A DNA stretch of 64,000 nucleotides, from assembly GCA_963831555.1 (NCBI GenBank), contig CAWHQT010000020.1:12099-76098 (forward strand). Reading direction: 5' to 3'. The translations under genes and the position numbers were made by a program. Below the pieces are notes generated by a model. That model was not told the origin of the DNA, ran no database searches, and saw only the letters and a program-made list of their open reading frames with translations. Source of the stretch: an uncultured delta proteobacterium (GTDB taxonomy: Bacteria > Myxococcota_A > Polyangia > Polyangiales > Polyangiaceae). Within the stretch, counting starts at the first letter, position 1; each line of letters opens with the position of its first letter. Positions 62,604 through 64,000 of the stretch are shown in pieces.

Positions 62604-63809
62604 TCATAGCCACCGCAGCGCGCGCGCGGCGATTTCTTCGCCGATGGCGAGCGAAGCCGTTGCGGCGGGGGAAGGCGCGTTGATGACATGCACCATTCGC
62701 TCGGCCTCACGTATGGCAAAGTCGTCGACGAGTGTTCCATCGCGCGCGATCGCTTGCGCGCGAACGCCCACGCCTCCCTGCGCGAGGTCGCGCGCCGTCA
62801 CCTCCGGCACGAGACGCGCGCAGGCTCTTGCAAACGCGACCCGGCTGAGAGAGCGAGCTTGTTCCGCCGCCCCCTCGCGCCAATGCCGCCGCGCCATGCG
62901 CCAGAACCCGGGCCATCGGGCGACATCCCACGCGTCCCGGGGGTTGAAGGCCGCCCGCCCGTATCCCTCGCGCGCAAACGCAAGCACCGCGTTGGGCCCC
63001 GCCTCAATCTGACCCCCGACCCGACGCGTGAAGTGCACTCCTAGAAATGGAAAGGACGGATTGGGTACCGGGTAGATGAGACTTCGCACGAGGTGCGCGC
63101 GCGCAGGGGCTAGCGTCCAGTATTCCCCGCGGAACGGAACAATGGCGACGTCCGTCTCCAGTCCGGCCATACGAGCCAGGCGGTCGCTCGCCAACCCCGC
63201 GCATCCCACGAGGACGCGCGCCTCGATCTCGCCGGCGGTGGAGGTCACGACGATGCGCTCGCCGCGCCGGTGAATTGCCGTGACGCGCGCCCCCGTCTCG
63301 ACGGCGGCGCCGCGCCGCGTGAGCTCGCGCGCATAGGCCCGCGCGACTTCGCGATAGTCGACGATGCCTGTCTCGCGCACGAAAAGAGCGGCGACGCCGG
63401 TCGCGTGAGGTTCGTGCTCGCGGAGCTCTTCGATCCCTATCCGCCGCATCCCTTCGAGACCGTTGGCCCGCCCGCGCCGCTCGAGCTCGTCGAGGCGTGG
63501 CACTTCGTCAGCCCGCGTGGCCACGACGACCTTGCCGCATCGCTCGAACCGGACCCCGTGGTCATCGCAAAAGCGCTCGAGCCGGACGCGCCCGCTCGTG
63601 CACATCTGCGCTTTGCGCGATCCGGGCTTGTAATAAAGCCCCGCGTGGATGACGCCGCTATTGTGCCCCGTTTGGTGGGAGGCAACGGAACCCTCCTTTT
63701 CGAGAATGCACAGCGACAGCCGGGGCCGCGACGAAAGCAGCGAAAGGCCCGAGGAGAGGCCCACGATTCCGCCTCCGATGACCAGCGCGTCGACGCTTCG
63801 TAACGCCAT
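62604..63809 (-). CDS. lhgO: FAD-dependent L-2-hydroxyglutarate oxidase/dehydrogenase family
   Basis: The start is ATG 63809 (MALRSVDALVIGGGIVGLS, the GxGxxG motif). HQTGHNSGVIHAGLYYKPGS, PFRGEY and the overall length are typical of LhgO. The 459-aa track ORF adds an implausible N-terminus. Confidence 0.75.
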   Translation of the reverse strand: MALRSVDALVIGGGIVGLSSGLSLLSSRPRLSLCILEKEGSVASHQTGHNSGVIHAGLYYKPGSRKAQMCTSGRVRLERFCDDHGVRFERCGKVVVATRADEVPRLDELERRGRANGLEGMRRIGIEELREHEPHATGVAALFVRETGIVDYREVARAYARELTRRGAAVETGARVTAIHRRGERIVVTSTAGEIEARVLVGCAGLASDRLARMAGLETDVAIVPFRGEYWTLAPARAHLVRSLIYPVPNPSFPFLGVHFTRRVGGQIEAGPNAVLAFAREGYGRAAFNPRDAWDVARWPGFWRMARRHWREGAAEQARSLSRVAFARACARLVPEVTARDLAQGGVGVRAQAIARDGTLVDDFAIREAERMVHVINAPSPAATASLAIGEEIAARALRWL

Positions 63810-64000
63810 TCGACGGCATTCGAGCAGAAGCGGCGCCGCGTTGCACCCCGGGCGAACGTCCTCTTGGTTTCTCGCGAAGAGGCGCTCGAATTTCCATCCG
63901 AGGGGATGACATCGAACAAGCTTGCACTTAGCGTCACTCATCGGACCGCCCCCTCTCGACCGGTGGCTGTCAACCGAGGTCACGCATGTCCGAGGACGCA

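Noticed and set aside
63986-64000. Possible + strand gene start (ATG TCC GAG GAC GCA) at the window end
   Set aside because: Only five codons are visible, so it cannot be supported.

Overview
Very GC-rich bacterial chromosome segment. Third codon positions are almost all G/C, and every long antisense frame stays open; GC% was not computed. The content looks like Myxococcota (Sorangiineae or Nannocystineae style). This call is an inference from gene content: five Hanks-type Ser/Thr kinases, a PP2C phosphatase, FHA and vWA proteins, a sigma-54 activator, many Cys-rich lipoproteins, and TPR/PEGA-type membrane proteins.

Housekeeping genes are interleaved with accessory blocks:
- pheT, pheS, rplT, rpmI, rplM, rpsI, tatA, ctaB plus a SCO chaperone, larB-larC, a phosphohexomutase, bpt, and a SurA-like PPIase plus an ABC exporter.
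- A GH5 glycosidase facing a CBM-like lipoprotein.
- A BNR/DUF4397 lipoprotein operon.
- A GT2 / ATP-grasp / methyltransferase operon.
- One IS630-family element.

I found no rRNA, tRNA or CRISPR array.

Points worth a second look:
1. A tight four-gene FHA / vWA / PP2C operon followed by a second vWA lipoprotein (32.7-39.5 kb).
2. A kinase / TPR-PEGA membrane protein / Cys-rich lipoprotein cassette present twice in opposite orientation.
3. Three genes split by frameshifts, each at a short CT/GA dinucleotide run.
4. Two families of structured intergenic repeats, one of which hosts the IS630 insertion.
5. A perfect 27-bp in-frame tandem repeat that adds RGD motifs to the phosphohexomutase.
6. 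The canonical rpmI-rplT-pheS-pheT cluster broken into three pieces.

All homology calls come from reading motifs in the supplied translations. No database search was run.
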